NCBI GenBank assembly: GCA_963827275.1
Contig: CAWHAA010000008.1
Coordinates: forward strand, 256,001 to 320,000
DNA from: an uncultured Spirochaetota bacterium
GTDB taxonomy: Bacteria > Spirochaetota > UBA4802 > UBA5550
Length of the DNA: 64,000 nucleotides
Reading direction: 5' to 3'
The notes beneath the pieces are model-generated. The model was not told where the DNA came from and made no database searches. It saw nothing but the letters and a program-made list of their open reading frames with translations. A program made the translations under genes and the position numbers. Below, piece after piece: positions 63,096-64,000 of this stretch (its first letter is position 1; the number at the start of each line of letters is the position of its first letter).

Positions 63096-64000
63096 ATGAA
63101 TATCTTATTGGTAAACAGCACCCAGTCTTTCAAAACAGCGGTTTCCAGCTCGCTGAAAGGCGCCAAGCCAAAAATACTGACTTCCGCGGGGATCGAGAAC
63201 GCACTTGTTGACATACAGAAGCATACCATCCATGTCGCCATCATCAACTGGTCGGACGGGGATTTTGACATCGAGGCCCTGTGCAGGCGGATACGGAAAA
63301 TCAAGTCAAACAAGGTCATCTACCTGCTGGTGGTCGCTCCACGGGACAGGGAGCAGGCCCTTGAAAAGATCCTCCTGGCGGGGGCCAATGATTTTATCTT
63401 TAAGCCTTTCGGGAAGGGCGAGCTCCAGTCGCGTATCAGGATCGCGGAGCGGAACATCAAGCTGGAAGAGGAAATCCTCAGGAACAAGAAACGGATGCTC
63501 ACACTGGTCAAGGAAGACCCGATAACCGGCCTTATGAACCGCCGCTGCCTCCTGGATGACATACTGAGCGAAATGGGCCGCGCGTCGCGCGAATCGAGAT
63601 ACATTTCATCGCTGATGGTGGGCATTGTCAACTTCAAGGAGCTGACGGAAATCCACGGGATGAAAATCATGGAAGAGGTCCTGGCCGAATGCGGCAGAAG
63701 GATCAAGATGTCATGCAGGCCCTATGACAAGCTCGGGCGGTACACGGTCTCGGAGTTCCTCCTCTTCCTGCCCGGTTCAGGAAAGATGAACACGGCAAAG
63801 GTTGCGAAGCGGATCGTGGGATCGCTCGTGGCCAAGCCATTTTATGTCAGGGAGATCGGGATCCAGCTTTCGCTGGCCATCGGCATAGCGGAGCTCGATC
63901 CGAAGCAGATTTCGAAGAACAACACGGTGGACAGCCACCTCCTCAATGACCTTGTCCTGGACTCAATCATAAAGAAAACGGAAATTGCAGTGAAGCAGGC
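63096..64000 (+). CDS. Pseudo-receiver + degenerate GGDEF protein; runs off the window
   Basis: Manual translation: MNILLVNS...AIINWS...AGANDFIFKPF...DPITGLMNRR...RPYDKLGRYTVSEF; RBS GGGAG. Confidence 0.8.
   Translation, partial: MNILLVNSTQSFKTAVSSSLKGAKPKILTSAGIENALVDIQKHTIHVAIINWSDGDFDIEALCRRIRKIKSNKVIYLLVVAPRDREQALEKILLAGANDFIFKPFGKGELQSRIRIAERNIKLEEEILRNKKRMLTLVKEDPITGLMNRRCLLDDILSEMGRASRESRYISSLMVGIVNFKELTEIHGMKIMEEVLAECGRRIKMSCRPYDKLGRYTVSEFLLFLPGSGKMNTAKVAKRIVGSLVAKPFYVREIGIQLSLAIGIAELDPKQISKNNTVDSHLLNDLVLDSIIKKTEIAVKQ

Overview
A 64-kb bacterial chromosomal segment of moderately high GC with AT-rich intergenic regions. It is probably from a free-living, anaerobic Spirochaetota-like organism, inferred from spirochaete-style lipoprotein signals, 7TM one-component regulators and PilZ/TPR/HATPase-like proteins. 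Recognisable core genes are rpe, acs, a PurH N-terminal domain, gltB/gltD, gdhA, GTP-type PEPCK, sua5/tsaC, tmk and sixA. There are also many surface lipoproteins and signalling proteins. I found no rRNA, tRNA, CRISPR array, integrase or transposase. Several genes (an SLC13 permease, a NUDIX hydrolase, gltB, pckG) are broken by frameshifts; the five I resolved are single-base insertions that look like long-read errors. The best candidate for an undescribed system lies between gltBD and gdhA. Two adjacent genes share a P-loop-less KaiC/RecA-like N-terminal domain, one fused to XRE-HTH+cupin and the other to a PPDK/PEP-synthase ATP-grasp domain lacking the pyruvate-binding barrel. A SixA phosphohistidine phosphatase lies just downstream of gltD, and a candidate palindrome is shared upstream of gltB and gdhA. 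Together these suggest a nitrogen-assimilation switch (GOGAT vs GDH). Other notable items are a pseudo-CoA-transferase-GNAT fusion, a motif-degenerate membrane-anchored SbcCD/YhaON-like pair, a methyltransferase-ATP-grasp fusion coupled to an MFS transporter, and a pseudo-REC/degenerate-GGDEF gene with a long structured leader. All domain calls come from motif recognition by eye, not database searches.
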